64,000 bases of DNA from an uncultured archaeon (GTDB lineage Archaea; Thermoplasmatota; Penumbrarchaeia; JASLWR01). A program made the translations under genes and the position numbers. The stretch is from contig CAYFHS010000011.1 of assembly GCA_964342815.1 (NCBI GenBank), forward strand, positions 32,001-96,000, written 5' to 3'. Of the stretch, positions 1-10,781 are shown piece after piece. The notes below the pieces were generated by a model. That model was not told where the DNA came from. It saw nothing but the letters and a program-made list of their open reading frames with translations, and made no database searches. The number at the start of each line of letters is the position of its first letter. The stretch's first letter is position 1.

Positions 1-2268
1 ACTACCACATATCCTGACAAGGTAAATATAGACGATGCATCCAGTGTTATCGAAGGTGGTTTTCACGATATTCATATAGTTAAAAAGAATGGGGCCAATA
101 TTAGCTGGCAGACCTTTGAGATCAGCTCGCTTACCTATACTAAAGAATTCACAGTGGATTATGACGGATTTGTAAGGGACGTCTCTTTGGCCCACGGCCG
201 GATCGCCAATGACAGTGTGAACTCATCCTACGGAAAGAACACTATCAGAACCACTTATTACGGTAGAGAAAATATTCATGAGGTCTTCGCAGTGGAGAAT
301 ACGAAAATAATAGAGGTACGGCTAAATGCAGCTCCGGAGGCCGAGTCGATAGTGCTTGTACCCTCTTCCCCGCTAACGGAGGATACGCTTGAAGCAAATT
401 GGACATTCTCCGACAGGGATGAGTTTGATGTGGAAATGAACCGGACGCTGACATGGTTCATGAATGGAAATCGACAGGCGGAGCTGGACAATATCACAAT
501 GGTAGCCCCTTCCTTTACTACCAAGGAGCAGGAATGGTATTTTACTTTGTCAGTGTCTGACGGTGAGTTCTGGAGCGATGTTTATGTTTCCGGCAAGGCG
601 CTTGTGGAAAACACGCCTCCGCTTCTGGATGATATTGAGGACATCGACATCTACCAGGGTGACAAACTGGTCATACCTGTTAATGTCCGTGATCCTGATG
701 ACGATGGGCTCGATGTAGTACTCATTAGTGATGCACAAGGTGCCGTGTTGACGCATGATGACAGCAGAATTGTATTTTCCCCCACCATTCATCAGGTACG
801 GACGTTCCATTTCGAACTACGGGTCTCGGACGACACTCAATGGGTAAATACGACCTTCAACGTAACTGTGCAGCCGCGCTCGACATTGGGGACCGTCACA
901 TTCGTAGCAATGGGCCCGTCCGGCCCGTTGACGAACGTGAATATTTCAAGAGGGCCCGTTCATTTGACAACCAACGAAACCGGTGTAGTGACTTTCAAGA
1001 GCATTTACGAGGGGATCAATAACTTTGGGATATGGAAAAAGGGATACTGGGCAATAGATCACGAGGTGATGATAGAGGGGGGCACTACAATAATAGAGAA
1101 CATTACCCTTCTTCCGATGCCATCAACTGAGTTCAGCCTTATAGTGCAGGACAGTTTGAATAATTTCGTGACAGAGACGAATGTGACCCTGAAGTTTCTA
1201 TCATTCGAAGTTCCCGGTATTATAATACCCCCGGCCGCCAATGCAAGTTTATGGACGGCACAATATGAAGGCCAGGGATGGTATGAAACGGGTCCCGCAG
1301 GTACCATTGAAATCCCTGACCTCGCCGCGGGGAAATATTTGATCACTTTAAGGAAAGAAGGATATGATACATACAGGACGACCCTTTATATCAATGATAC
1401 CAACACGACGGTTATAACAATTCCTCTTATCAAGGATATCGAAAGAAAGATCGGATACGTGGAAGGGAGGGTAATACTGCCTTCAGGGAAACAGGAGGGG
1501 GGTGTGGAAATTGAATTCCAGGTCAAGGACTTATTCTATAGCACAAAAACAGATGAGAATGGCTTTTACGAGATCATATTGCCCAAGGGAGAGTATGATG
1601 TAAGGGTGATAGAGGACGGATACAGGACTTATATCGACGAGATAATCGTACTTCCAAATGAGAATGTGGTCCGGGACATCGAACTTGAGACCTTGGAGAC
1701 CGGGGTGGATGATGATGGAAGTCGCTTCGAGGTAGGATTAGTAGTATTCATATTGACAGGGATCGTCAACCTGCTGATCGCACTGTATTTCATCACGTTC
1801 CACAAGAAGAAAGTGATAAAATCCGCAGACGAGATCATCGCCGCCGAAGAAGAAAGCAGAAGGTTTGCCAAGGAGAAGCGGGATAATGAATACCGCAAAA
1901 AGATTTACAGTTTCCTGGATAAGGAGAAACCTTTGGAGTCACTTGCGAAGCTGGGTGCGGAATTGGAAAAACAGAAGAAAGAAATGGCCATTCTTGATGA
2001 GATTATCGAGAAGGGGCGGTATGTGGATGAAGCTGAAGATTTTGTTCATACTGGATACGGGGCCGTGTTCAAGGAGTACTTGGAAAGCTCGGATATAGAA
2101 TTCATCGATGATGCCGTGGAGTGGGGCTGGGGTGAAGGGACGCCCGATGAGAAGGAAGACGAAGAATTCGAACTTGGAATCGATGAAGATATGTTCGACG
2201 AATACGGGCAGAGAATCAGTCACGTTGAGGAAAAGGATGAGGACGAAGCTTTCAACTGGGCTAGTTGA
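1..2268 (+). CDS. Membrane-anchored surface protein (Ig-like and carboxypeptidase-regulatory-like beta-sandwich repeats, C-terminal TM, acidic cytoplasmic tail); 5'-truncated by window
   Basis: Frame 1 is open from base 1 (TTTYPDKVNID...) through the GTG at 154. Contains repeats like GKYLITLRKEGY and GEYDVRVIEDGY, many N-x-T/S sequons, TM VGLVVFILTGIVNLLIALYFITF then KKK, and an E/D-rich tail. Confidence 0.85.
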   Translation, partial: TTTYPDKVNIDDASSVIEGGFHDIHIVKKNGANISWQTFEISSLTYTKEFTVDYDGFVRDVSLAHGRIANDSVNSSYGKNTIRTTYYGRENIHEVFAVENTKIIEVRLNAAPEAESIVLVPSSPLTEDTLEANWTFSDRDEFDVEMNRTLTWFMNGNRQAELDNITMVAPSFTTKEQEWYFTLSVSDGEFWSDVYVSGKALVENTPPLLDDIEDIDIYQGDKLVIPVNVRDPDDDGLDVVLISDAQGAVLTHDDSRIVFSPTIHQVRTFHFELRVSDDTQWVNTTFNVTVQPRSTLGTVTFVAMGPSGPLTNVNISRGPVHLTTNETGVVTFKSIYEGINNFGIWKKGYWAIDHEVMIEGGTTIIENITLLPMPSTEFSLIVQDSLNNFVTETNVTLKFLSFEVPGIIIPPAANASLWTAQYEGQGWYETGPAGTIEIPDLAAGKYLITLRKEGYDTYRTTLYINDTNTTVITIPLIKDIERKIGYVEGRVILPSGKQEGGVEIEFQVKDLFYSTKTDENGFYEIILPKGEYDVRVIEDGYRTYIDEIIVLPNENVVRDIELETLETGVDDDGSRFEVGLVVFILTGIVNLLIALYFITFHKKKVIKSADEIIAAEEESRRFAKEKRDNEYRKKIYSFLDKEKPLESLAKLGAELEKQKKEMAILDEIIEKGRYVDEAEDFVHTGYGAVFKEYLESSDIEFIDDAVEWGWGEGTPDEKEDEEFELGIDEDMFDEYGQRISHVEEKDEDEAFNWAS

Positions 2269-2296
2269 GGTTTTATCGTAAATCTGAGGTTTTTAG

Positions 2297-4417
2297 ATGG
2301 GTAAGGTTTTGAAGTCCGCATACAGGAAACCAGTTACACCCGGCGGGCTGAAAAAGATCGAAGAAGGCACTTTGAGGTCTCTCGATCCCGAGATGTTCGC
2401 GAATTTCAATACGGGTGTTTGCGAACAGTACCTGGAAGAAGAGAACCGGAAGAACAGCTTCGTAATTTCCAAGTGGAACTGGAAAATGGTCATAATATCC
2501 ATCATCATCGGTTCTCTCTTCGCCATGATAAACCAGTATGTGGGTCTCAAGGTTGGGATGGTGGTCAGCGGTTCCTGGTACGTTATTTACCTTTTGGGTC
2601 TTGCACTCAAGTGGGATCCTCCCCAGCTCAATATCGCCGCCACAGCAGGCAACGGGGCCGCCATGATATGTGTGGGCTTCGTGTTCTCGTTCCCGGCGAT
2701 ATATCTACTTGCCATGTCTCCCACCTACGAGAAGACGGGAGGTGGGTTCCTGACTTATGTTCCCTCGACAGGATTGCTTTTCGCGGCTTTTCTTGCCACT
2801 GTTATCGCGGGTTTGCTGGGAATTTTCTACTTCATTATTTTCAGACGAATATGGTTAGTCGAAGACCCACTTCCCACGCCATCATTCGAGGGATTCGTAC
2901 AATTAATGAGCATAGCCAAGGACGTGACTAGCGGGGCGAAGGACCAGGCAATGAGATCCATAAAAACGGTCACCGTGTGGATCGGGGGAACCATGGTCTT
3001 GACCTTTATCAAGGATTTCCCTCTATTCAAGACCGCTGGCGCCGGGAGAGAACCCCTTCTGGACAGTATTTTCGGGGGCAGTTTCTATAATCACGGCGAC
3101 CTGACCCTGCCCGCCACCACGCCAGTCCTGGGGAAATACACCGTTGTCAATTTCAGCCTGATGCCCATCCAGTTCGGTATAGGATGGTTCATGAAATTCA
3201 AAACGGCCCTGATCATATCAATGGGAACCCTGGTTTCATGGCTTATAATCATACCGGTTGCGGTGTTGTTCGATCTTCCCGTCTATATACCAACTCTGGA
3301 CAATATGGTGAACCTTTCGAGCTTCCCCATCGAAGGCATTTCGGGGGCCGCAATGATCGCACCAGAAGCAGCGAATGTGAACATTGCCAAGGTGATAGCC
3401 ATCGGAGCCATCCTGGGAGGCGGTTTCACGGGCCTCATAAAGATGGCGCCGGTTTTCAAGACCGCAACGGCGGATCTTTTCAAGACCAAAGGTGACGAAA
3501 CGGTACAGAAGGATTTCGTACCCAACAGGGGATGGTACGAGTGGCCAGTGTCCCACATCAAGATAATGGTTATAGTCACCTTTTTTTCCGTCTTTCTGAT
3601 ATTCGGTCTGTCCAGCGGGTACTGGTTGAACTCTTTCTTTCTGTCGCTTCTGCTGGTGAGCACGACCTTCTTTATCGGCGCCATAGCGGTGAAGGTTATG
3701 GGAGAATGCGGTACGGAGCCGGTATCGGCAACTTCATTCATCGTCCTCATGCTGATCGTGTTCACTTTCAAGCTTTTAAACCTACTGCATCTCACGGATA
3801 CCAGTAATGAAACAATCGTTCTTCTCTCAATAATCGGCGTTACCGTCTTTGGCGGCGCCATATCAATGAGCGGCGATATAATTCTGATGTTCAAGGTGGG
3901 AGGATATGTCGGGAACCGTCCATTTCATCTGGTGAAGGCAGTGACCCTGGGGATTCTTCCAGGGGCGGCCATAGCGGCATTCTTTGCCGTTCTCTTCTCG
4001 AGAGGTCTGGCACTACCCGTTGACCATCCCGCTCATCTCGATCTTCTTGCACCGCAGGCGAACGCCTTTGCCAAGTTCGTCCAGGTCCTTATATCGGGGA
4101 ACGTTTCATGGTGGCTGCTGCTGTTGGGGGTCCTAATAGGAATTTTCGTGGAGCTTCTCATTGGAATGGGAACGGCTTTCGGGCTTGGGATGTACTTTCC
4201 TCTGGGACTGGGTCTAATACTTCTCGTGGGAGGGGGGGCTAGGGATCTCTGGGAAAAATATTATCTGGAACCAAAGGCCAAGGAGTTGGGGTGGGGCGAC
4301 AGGGAAAAGACACTTGCTCTTCTGCAGAGTTACATGATGGCAACTGGCCTCATCGTGGGCGAGGCGTTGATGGGCACCATAGTCGCGCTTTATCTTGTTT
4401 TCCCACTGGTGATGTAA
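2297..4417 (+). CDS. OPT family oligopeptide transporter
   Basis: 706 aa with about 15 hydrophobic segments. OPT-like motifs NQYVGLKVGMVVSG, NIAATAG, GECGTEPVS, APQANAF, AFGLGMYFP. Confidence 0.9.
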   Translation: MGKVLKSAYRKPVTPGGLKKIEEGTLRSLDPEMFANFNTGVCEQYLEEENRKNSFVISKWNWKMVIISIIIGSLFAMINQYVGLKVGMVVSGSWYVIYLLGLALKWDPPQLNIAATAGNGAAMICVGFVFSFPAIYLLAMSPTYEKTGGGFLTYVPSTGLLFAAFLATVIAGLLGIFYFIIFRRIWLVEDPLPTPSFEGFVQLMSIAKDVTSGAKDQAMRSIKTVTVWIGGTMVLTFIKDFPLFKTAGAGREPLLDSIFGGSFYNHGDLTLPATTPVLGKYTVVNFSLMPIQFGIGWFMKFKTALIISMGTLVSWLIIIPVAVLFDLPVYIPTLDNMVNLSSFPIEGISGAAMIAPEAANVNIAKVIAIGAILGGGFTGLIKMAPVFKTATADLFKTKGDETVQKDFVPNRGWYEWPVSHIKIMVIVTFFSVFLIFGLSSGYWLNSFFLSLLLVSTTFFIGAIAVKVMGECGTEPVSATSFIVLMLIVFTFKLLNLLHLTDTSNETIVLLSIIGVTVFGGAISMSGDIILMFKVGGYVGNRPFHLVKAVTLGILPGAAIAAFFAVLFSRGLALPVDHPAHLDLLAPQANAFAKFVQVLISGNVSWWLLLLGVLIGIFVELLIGMGTAFGLGMYFPLGLGLILLVGGGARDLWEKYYLEPKAKELGWGDREKTLALLQSYMMATGLIVGEALMGTIVALYLVFPLVM

Positions 4418-4439
4418 TATTTTATCGAGTTTTTTCGAA

Positions 4440-4709
4440 CTATCTTCTTTTTACGCTTCTATAGACGTAAATTAGCGTCCCTATCAATAAAAGAATACCG
4501 ATGCCGATAAATATATATGAGAGAGATATGGAATCTTCTTTAGTCTCTTCTTTTGTGGCAGTTGGTGCGAGACTATTGTCTTTAGGATTCGAAAGCTCCG
4601 GCGATATCTCCTGGCCCGCAGCTACAAAGGATACGCTGACCAGCTGCAAGGCAAATACCATAAATACCAGGGGAAGCCAGATTTTTCGTGTTTTGATCCA
4701 ATATCTCAT
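4440..4709 (-). CDS. Small exported protein with C-terminal TM anchor
   Basis: 89 aa: signal peptide (…SFVAA), short polar linker, TM IFIGIGILLLIGTLIYVY, basic end RSVKRR; GGTGA RBS upstream. Confidence 0.7.
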   Translation of the reverse strand: MRYWIKTRKIWLPLVFMVFALQLVSVSFVAAGQEISPELSNPKDNSLAPTATKEETKEDSISLSYIFIGIGILLLIGTLIYVYRSVKRR

Positions 4710-4902
4710 TTACTTCACCCCTAATTATTTATTGTCCGGAGAATTATTTATATAAATTGGTAGGAACGTGAAAGTGAAACGGTGAAGTTTTGTGCAGAAA
4801 TATATGGTGCAATCTCACGGTCGGTCTAGATCGATAGAATGAGGACGGGCGGTTTATATTAAATTTTCATGAAGTAAAGTTGAAACAAATCGAAGCATAT
4901 AT

Positions 4903-5850
4903 TTACTTTCTTGATTCATCTTTATGTTGAATCATTTTTTCTTTTTTTCTATCCCTATTATACAAAACAATTGATAATATGATGAGTAAAACAATAAGCG
5001 AACTGCCACATGAAACAACAGCAAATACTGGACGATCTACAGCTAGATTATACAATGATTCTTTAAAACTTTTCTCAGAAGGTTTCGTCCATAAAATTGA
5101 AATCGCCTTATTTCTAAATGTCCAATTTTCATATGTTATCGACACTATGACATATCCTCCTTTATGTTCGGTTTCAAATTCTCTGTTCTCTGTAATTCCA
5201 TAATGTTTATAATCTTCTCCAAATGCCTCAACATATCCATATTCATCTTCAGGAATTCTAAAGATAAATGTTGCAGATTCAATATTATGGTGCCAATAAA
5301 CTGAAGTTCCTACCAGATATGAAAAACTTGTTGATCGATAATTCCTTTTATATTTTGTAATAATCGTCATTGATTCATTACCTGGAATTGTTATTGTAAA
5401 AAAAATGGCATCCAATGATTTTGCCCAATTTTGATACCCAGTATCTCTATTTTCTGGAGATATTTCTATATCAAATGGGCAAACGACCCAAGAATATGAT
5501 AATACCGATTGATTCATATACAGTTCCAAATTAGAAGGCCTTGAATAAAAAGGCAAAAGAATAGATAATGTAGTACTAGTAAAATTATCATTAGCAAAGG
5601 TATAAGATGCTTCGACATATGCTTTCTTAGCAATAGTTACATCAATTATTTCAGATTGCAAATAAACGGAAGTATTTTCATATGGGAGCGGTCCGAAATT
5701 ATTCCCATCATCATCAGAGTATGGCACCGGATTAGCAAGTGAAATATCACTAAATACCGGGTGAAATATGCTAAAAAGGAACAATAATACCATGGAGTTT
5801 GTAAGCATAATTTGTTTTTTCCTACCAAATAAGGAATGATTATCATTCAT
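4903..5850 (-). CDS. Exported membrane-anchored hypothetical protein (DUF4424-like)
   Basis: Signal peptide ending …SLA-NPVPY; VYLQSEIIDV…VEASYTFAN…FSYLVGTSVYW pattern; C-terminal TM plus basic tail; visibly AT-rich. Confidence 0.65.
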   Translation of the reverse strand: MNDNHSLFGRKKQIMLTNSMVLLFLFSIFHPVFSDISLANPVPYSDDDGNNFGPLPYENTSVYLQSEIIDVTIAKKAYVEASYTFANDNFTSTTLSILLPFYSRPSNLELYMNQSVLSYSWVVCPFDIEISPENRDTGYQNWAKSLDAIFFTITIPGNESMTIITKYKRNYRSTSFSYLVGTSVYWHHNIESATFIFRIPEDEYGYVEAFGEDYKHYGITENREFETEHKGGYVIVSITYENWTFRNKAISILWTKPSEKSFKESLYNLAVDRPVFAVVSCGSSLIVLLIILSIVLYNRDRKKEKMIQHKDESRK

Positions 5851-6048
5851 AATTGATTACCTCTTGATAATAATCAAGGGAATTTTGTAGGTTTTTGTGG
5901 TATATTATAATAAATACAATCTTTCTGTTTTATTAAAATTTTGTTCTGATTACATCCAATTTATACTGTAATGAATATTCAAGAAAAAAATCGTAATAAA
6001 TATACAATTATCCTCATTTTCCTCAAAATAGCCTTAACCCAAGATTTC

Positions 6049-8889
6049 TTAAAACCAGTCCTCTAATTCACTATCATCAACCCATTCCTCTTCCACCCAA
6101 ACATTGTCATATTCCTTCTCGTAGTCCACCTCGCCCCATTCCTCAATTTCTTCGGGCTCATCTTCGAGCATTTCACCCCATTCCTCAATTTCCTCGGGCT
6201 CATCTTCGATCACCTTGTCCCATTCTTCAATGTATTCTTCAACTTCTTCTATCCATCCCTCCCCCGTGAGAATTTCATCCTCCTCGTCCTCAATCCATCC
6301 ATCTTCCATATCGAAGCTTTCCCCCTCTCCAGTCCAATCATCCATTTCTTCTTCATCCTCGATCCATTCTCCTTCCTCTTCAGGAATTTCGTCCACATCC
6401 TCAATCCACCCTTCCCCCTTTGTGAACATTTCATCCACCTCCTCAATCAGTCCCTCCTCCTCAGCATGGGTTTCTTTCTCATCCTCGATCCATCCAGTCT
6501 CCCCTACAAAGGTGTCCGCCTCATATTCTATCCAATCTTCCTCCCCTGTAAGCATTTCGTCCACCTTCTCGATCAGCTCCGCTTCCTCCGTGGGCATTTC
6601 GTCCACCTCACTCACACCTTTCATCTTTTTGACCTTTTTCCGCCTTTTATATTCCTCTTTCACCACCACGGCAATTTCCTCAGGCAGTTCCGTTTTTCCA
6701 CTTTTTTCTTCGACGACCTCCTCTTCGGTTTTCTCGATTTTTCCGGTAGCCGATCTCTCTTCTCGTTTCTTGTAGTATTGGAAAAGACCGATCCCCACAA
6801 TAAGGATCAAGACAACCACTGTGATGAATAAAATTAAGAACCACGTATTTTTTCCCATACCTTTATCCGCGGTCCAGTCACCCTCATCCGTATTAATATT
6901 CCCTACGGTAATGACCATTTCATACGTATCCGACTCACCGTCATCATCGGTTACCTTCAATTCAATGGAAAAAATTCCTTCTTTCAAAAAACGATGTTCC
7001 AGGTAATCCCCGTAAGCTTTTGAGCCATCGACAAATGTCCACGTATAATTGAGGGAATCTAGGTCCGAGGGGGTATCCGACGTATTACCCGCATCAAATT
7101 CTATTACCTGATCTGCAGAAATTATCTGAGCCGAAGCCGAAAAATGAGCCTGGGGGGCAATATTCCGTATGATAAAACGCTGAGAGCTGTTGAAAGAGGC
7201 TCCGTCGTCGTCAGTTAAATTCATCGATATTATGACCGGCCCGGCTAGGGGGATGGAAAAAGATACGTTCCTGCCGGATCCCACGGCGACATTATCCGCA
7301 AGCCAGACAACCTTCAACGAGGGGAGGTCCGAGGGTGTGTCGTAAATATCTTCAACCTCGATTACTATTCTTTCATCCTCGACATACAACATTTTCTTGG
7401 GCGTAAAACCACCCGATGGGGCCACATTAACGATTTTTATATTCATACTGGCATTTGCGGTATCGTTGTTGTTATCCCTTACCTGGAATACTACATCGTA
7501 TTCGCTTGAAAGTGTATAGCTGTGGTTAATTTCTGCGTCAACGGCCCAATTCGAGATATTTCCGTCCCCGAATTTCCATCGGTACATGAGAGAATTAATA
7601 TCGGACGGGGAATCGTCCCCGGTACCGTCGAATCGAAAAATCTCATCTTCATTTATCGTCGTATTGTTCAGGAGAGGATCTATCTGTGCCATGGGTGGAT
7701 GATTTAATATCGTGACGTTCATGAACTCGTATGCCTGAAGTCCTTCATCATCCATTACAAACAGGGTTGCCTCGTACGTTCCCTTTTCCGGGTACGCGTG
7801 ACCGGCGATGGCATTGTTTTCCCAGTCGGTGGAATTTCCGTCTCCGAAATCCCACCTGTATAGTAGAGAATACCTGTCCGACGGTGTATCGTTGCCGTAT
7901 CCAGTAAATAGTAGATAACGCTCCTCGTAATCCTCGATGTCCTCCATTGTATGACATACCGGTGGTGAGTTCTTAACTGTTATATTTTTCGCTACCGAAA
8001 TGGTGGTCCCCCCGTCGTCTCTTACCCGCATATTGACGGTATAATTTCCGTTGTCCGCATATCTATGCGTTACGTTCGGACCGTAGATATTCTGGCTACC
8101 ATCCCCGAAATCCCATGTCCAGTTCACCACTGTACCATCGGAATCCGAGAATGTCGATCGAAAAAGAACCTTTTCATCAACATCCGGAGTTACCGGGTCA
8201 TATGAAAAGTTCGCAACAGGGGGTACGTTGCCCTTCCACGTGAGAACAGTGATGGAATGAGGTGGAAGCGTCAGCGAGTAATTAAATGTAAAATCGTCCA
8301 GATCGTACCGAGCGATAGAAACGTTCTCTGCTTTTCCTTCATTGTGATCATATATGTCCGGAGAAGCCAGCACATATTTCTTTGCCGCAGACCCAGGGTT
8401 TGTCTCGACGTCGAGCCGTACAACCTGATCGAGGGTTCTGTGAAGGTTATACAGTATAAGGGACCCGTTCTTTTCATTCTTGAAGGCGAAGGAATGAACA
8501 TATGAAACATTCATCTGCTGTGATATGCCGTTTATAGGCAGCTGTACCCATTTTGCTTCGTCATAGGAATGTACTGTCCGAGTCATATCGCCGAATATAG
8601 CTTTATTTGCGATCTCAACAGATAACCATGTTGGTCTCTTATTTTTAGTTCGGTCCAGGTCCCGGAGCATACCCCAAAGTTTCACATATTCGCTTGGGTT
8701 CGTATTGTACCTGTATGAATACTGCCAGCTGGAGAACGCGGTCTGATCCTTTATGCCCAGATATTTCAAGTAAGTGAGCATGGTGTACGAAAGAGAAATT
8801 CCGCCTCCCTGTCCGGCCACCACCTTGTTACGTACGTCCTCCGGTGGATCGGTGGCATGGGTGGTATGGAAATTTATCTCATATATCAC
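6049..8889 (-). CDS. C-terminal fragment: end of GH barrel and beta-sandwich, about 5 PKD domains, TM, acidic Trp-rich tail
   Basis: Repeated WTWDFGDG / YRWDFGDG / YRWKFGDG PKD signatures; TM WFLILFITVVVLILIVGIGLF; E/W-rich tail. Confidence 0.8.
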   Translation of the reverse strand: MIYEINFHTTHATDPPEDVRNKVVAGQGGGISLSYTMLTYLKYLGIKDQTAFSSWQYSYRYNTNPSEYVKLWGMLRDLDRTKNKRPTWLSVEIANKAIFGDMTRTVHSYDEAKWVQLPINGISQQMNVSYVHSFAFKNEKNGSLILYNLHRTLDQVVRLDVETNPGSAAKKYVLASPDIYDHNEGKAENVSIARYDLDDFTFNYSLTLPPHSITVLTWKGNVPPVANFSYDPVTPDVDEKVLFRSTFSDSDGTVVNWTWDFGDGSQNIYGPNVTHRYADNGNYTVNMRVRDDGGTTISVAKNITVKNSPPVCHTMEDIEDYEERYLLFTGYGNDTPSDRYSLLYRWDFGDGNSTDWENNAIAGHAYPEKGTYEATLFVMDDEGLQAYEFMNVTILNHPPMAQIDPLLNNTTINEDEIFRFDGTGDDSPSDINSLMYRWKFGDGNISNWAVDAEINHSYTLSSEYDVVFQVRDNNNDTANASMNIKIVNVAPSGGFTPKKMLYVEDERIVIEVEDIYDTPSDLPSLKVVWLADNVAVGSGRNVSFSIPLAGPVIISMNLTDDDGASFNSSQRFIIRNIAPQAHFSASAQIISADQVIEFDAGNTSDTPSDLDSLNYTWTFVDGSKAYGDYLEHRFLKEGIFSIELKVTDDDGESDTYEMVITVGNINTDEGDWTADKGMGKNTWFLILFITVVVLILIVGIGLFQYYKKREERSATGKIEKTEEEVVEEKSGKTELPEEIAVVVKEEYKRRKKVKKMKGVSEVDEMPTEEAELIEKVDEMLTGEEDWIEYEADTFVGETGWIEDEKETHAEEEGLIEEVDEMFTKGEGWIEDVDEIPEEEGEWIEDEEEMDDWTGEGESFDMEDGWIEDEEDEILTGEGWIEEVEEYIEEWDKVIEDEPEEIEEWGEMLEDEPEEIEEWGEVDYEKEYDNVWVEEEWVDDSELEDWF

Positions 8890-9123
8890 GGGCTCTGTAT
8901 CGTGCCCACCTGATCTTATATTGTCAACTCCTTCCTTGAAAGCTCCTCCATTGGTGTATTCGGTTGGAAGTGCATATAGAGAGCCGAAGATCCCCTCCGT
9001 CGAGGAATAACTTGGGATGCTTCCGTAATAGTAAGGAGCAAGTGCCGTGCAATCATGATTCTCGCTCGATGCCTCTATCTCGACCTGTCTCCCGGAATAA
9101 CCGGATTGGCCGCCAATGACCAG

Positions 9124-10731
9124 TTATATGTCATCGGGATCGAAATATTGGTTCTGGCGCATAAGGCCGAAACGGTCATTTGCTATGCTTCCAAGACGTA
9201 TGCCGCCGTTCAGTGATGCACCGCCGAAGGGATCCGAACCGCTGCCGCCGCCCCACAGTTCGTTCCCGAATTCCAGCCTTATTGTTTCGAATACTTCCGT
9301 CCAGGGATCGATTTGACCCGAAGCCGCTCTTTTTGATCCGTAAGGAGTAGAGTTCGGACCTGCCAGATAATCTATCAGCTCGCTCAATTCCAGCTCAGAA
9401 AGAGTGGGAGGTATTACCAGCCAAACAGATGCATCGACTTCGTTTGCAAGCTCCAGAAACTCATGCATTGAATACGAGAGGCTTTCCGCCTTCCTGCTTC
9501 CTATTCGATATCCCTGGTTTCGCCGTCCGGCCGAAGGGTCTGTGAATTCCTCGAGGCTGATCCCCAGCTGTCCGTACCATCCACGCAGGATTCCCGGATT
9601 CAGCTCCTTTAAATGGCTGACCACGGTATCGCTGAAGATCGTCGGGTTGGTCTGATTTCTCTTACCCAGGAACATATCGTCCAGCCAAATTCGACCCCCA
9701 TTGCCGAGATTTCGCGTCTCCACTATCAGATCCAAAGCTCCTTTGAAATCACCTGCGGCGTAGTCCTTGTCTTCATCCAGGCCAACAGGCACTGAAAAAT
9801 TAATTGTGTGTTTTTTCCAGAAATTTGAAAGTGTAAAAGTCTGAGATGCAAACGGGGGCCATACACCTTCCCGGAAAAGTTCTACATGTACTTTGTCACC
9901 ATCATTCTCACCTCTGGCCCATAGTGATATGTTCCAATCTCCTTTTACGATGACTCCCTTTCCGCCGGTGACATCCCCGTCGCGGTAGGCCGTGTCCATG
10001 TAATATGCCAGACGGGTATCGGTGCCAAGTCGTATCGACTGTTCGCCATGAGTACCGGGCCGGTTCTCGTTCGGCTCGAAAAGAATATCTCCATCTCCGC
10101 TTACGCTCCAGGGGCTTGCCGGGCTGGCGTTTATCGTCAACAAATAATTACTGTCGAACTTTTTTCTGACCATCATCACATCCAGGTCATTCGGCACTGG
10201 TAAAGAATGGTCCAGAACAAATGTTGGTCTGGATACTGCCTGGGAATCTTTTGTATAGTTAAAACCTGCAATGGTCCCATTATGACCTTTCGCATTCCCG
10301 TAAACGAACTCGTACTCTCCTCCGGTCCAGAAATCTGCTGGCTGCCCGGCTCCGCTTACATCGTTGTTCCAGCTACCGTTCCAGAAATCCTGCATCACTG
10401 CTGTTGAATTACTGCCATCGGAGCGGAGAAGGATGTTGGAAGACATATAGGCAGCTTCGAATCCCGGATTGGATATCAGGTTCTTTAAAGCGGTCAGTGA
10501 ATCGCCCCACCTGGACCGCGCTCCGATGTTTATACCTAGTCGATTCACTTCATCCTGCAAGATATCATCAGTTACGGTAACAGTGGTTACAGGAGTTTCA
10601 TCCCGTGAGTTCTCATTAGAGAATTCGGTTATTCTTTCACGCGGATATGCTTTTATGGGAATTATTAAAATCGTGAGCAATAAGAATGCAATAATCATAG
10701 TATGGATATATCGAGGATATCTTATTTTCAT
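9124..10731 (-). CDS. N-terminal fragment of split glycoside hydrolase (signal peptide, CBM-like region, start of TIM barrel)
   Basis: Signal peptide; LKELNPGILR…; YSMHEFLELANEVDASVWL; IRLEFGNELWG with NE acid/base-type motif. Confidence 0.7.
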   Translation of the reverse strand: MKIRYPRYIHTMIIAFLLLTILIIPIKAYPRERITEFSNENSRDETPVTTVTVTDDILQDEVNRLGINIGARSRWGDSLTALKNLISNPGFEAAYMSSNILLRSDGSNSTAVMQDFWNGSWNNDVSGAGQPADFWTGGEYEFVYGNAKGHNGTIAGFNYTKDSQAVSRPTFVLDHSLPVPNDLDVMMVRKKFDSNYLLTINASPASPWSVSGDGDILFEPNENRPGTHGEQSIRLGTDTRLAYYMDTAYRDGDVTGGKGVIVKGDWNISLWARGENDGDKVHVELFREGVWPPFASQTFTLSNFWKKHTINFSVPVGLDEDKDYAAGDFKGALDLIVETRNLGNGGRIWLDDMFLGKRNQTNPTIFSDTVVSHLKELNPGILRGWYGQLGISLEEFTDPSAGRRNQGYRIGSRKAESLSYSMHEFLELANEVDASVWLVIPPTLSELELSELIDYLAGPNSTPYGSKRAASGQIDPWTEVFETIRLEFGNELWGGGSGSDPFGGASLNGGIRLGSIANDRFGLMRQNQYFDPDDI

Positions 10732-10781
10732 ATAATTCGCCCCATAGTTGCTTTATCCTCTCCACGATCCAGGCTTTTTAA

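Larger units (their letters stand above)
6049..10731 (-). pseudogene. Surface-anchored clan-A-like glycoside hydrolase (GH51/GH39-like) with PKD repeats, interrupted by one in-frame TAA (9124-9126)
   Basis: ORFs 9124..10731 and 6049..8889 are in the same frame. The 78 intervening codons are open (LVIGGQSGY…HDTEP). Total 1560 codons. Confidence 0.75.

Noticed and set aside
6215-6775. Ser-rich 186-aa ORF; likewise 31259..32023, 33190..34338, 33429..34235, 25064..25645, 40941..41534
   Set aside because: Antisense or off-frame shadows of acidic or repetitive coding regions.
9124-9126. Pyrrolysine/selenocysteine recoding of the internal stop
   Set aside because: The codon is TAA, not TAG or TGA; no pyl/sel genes are in the window.
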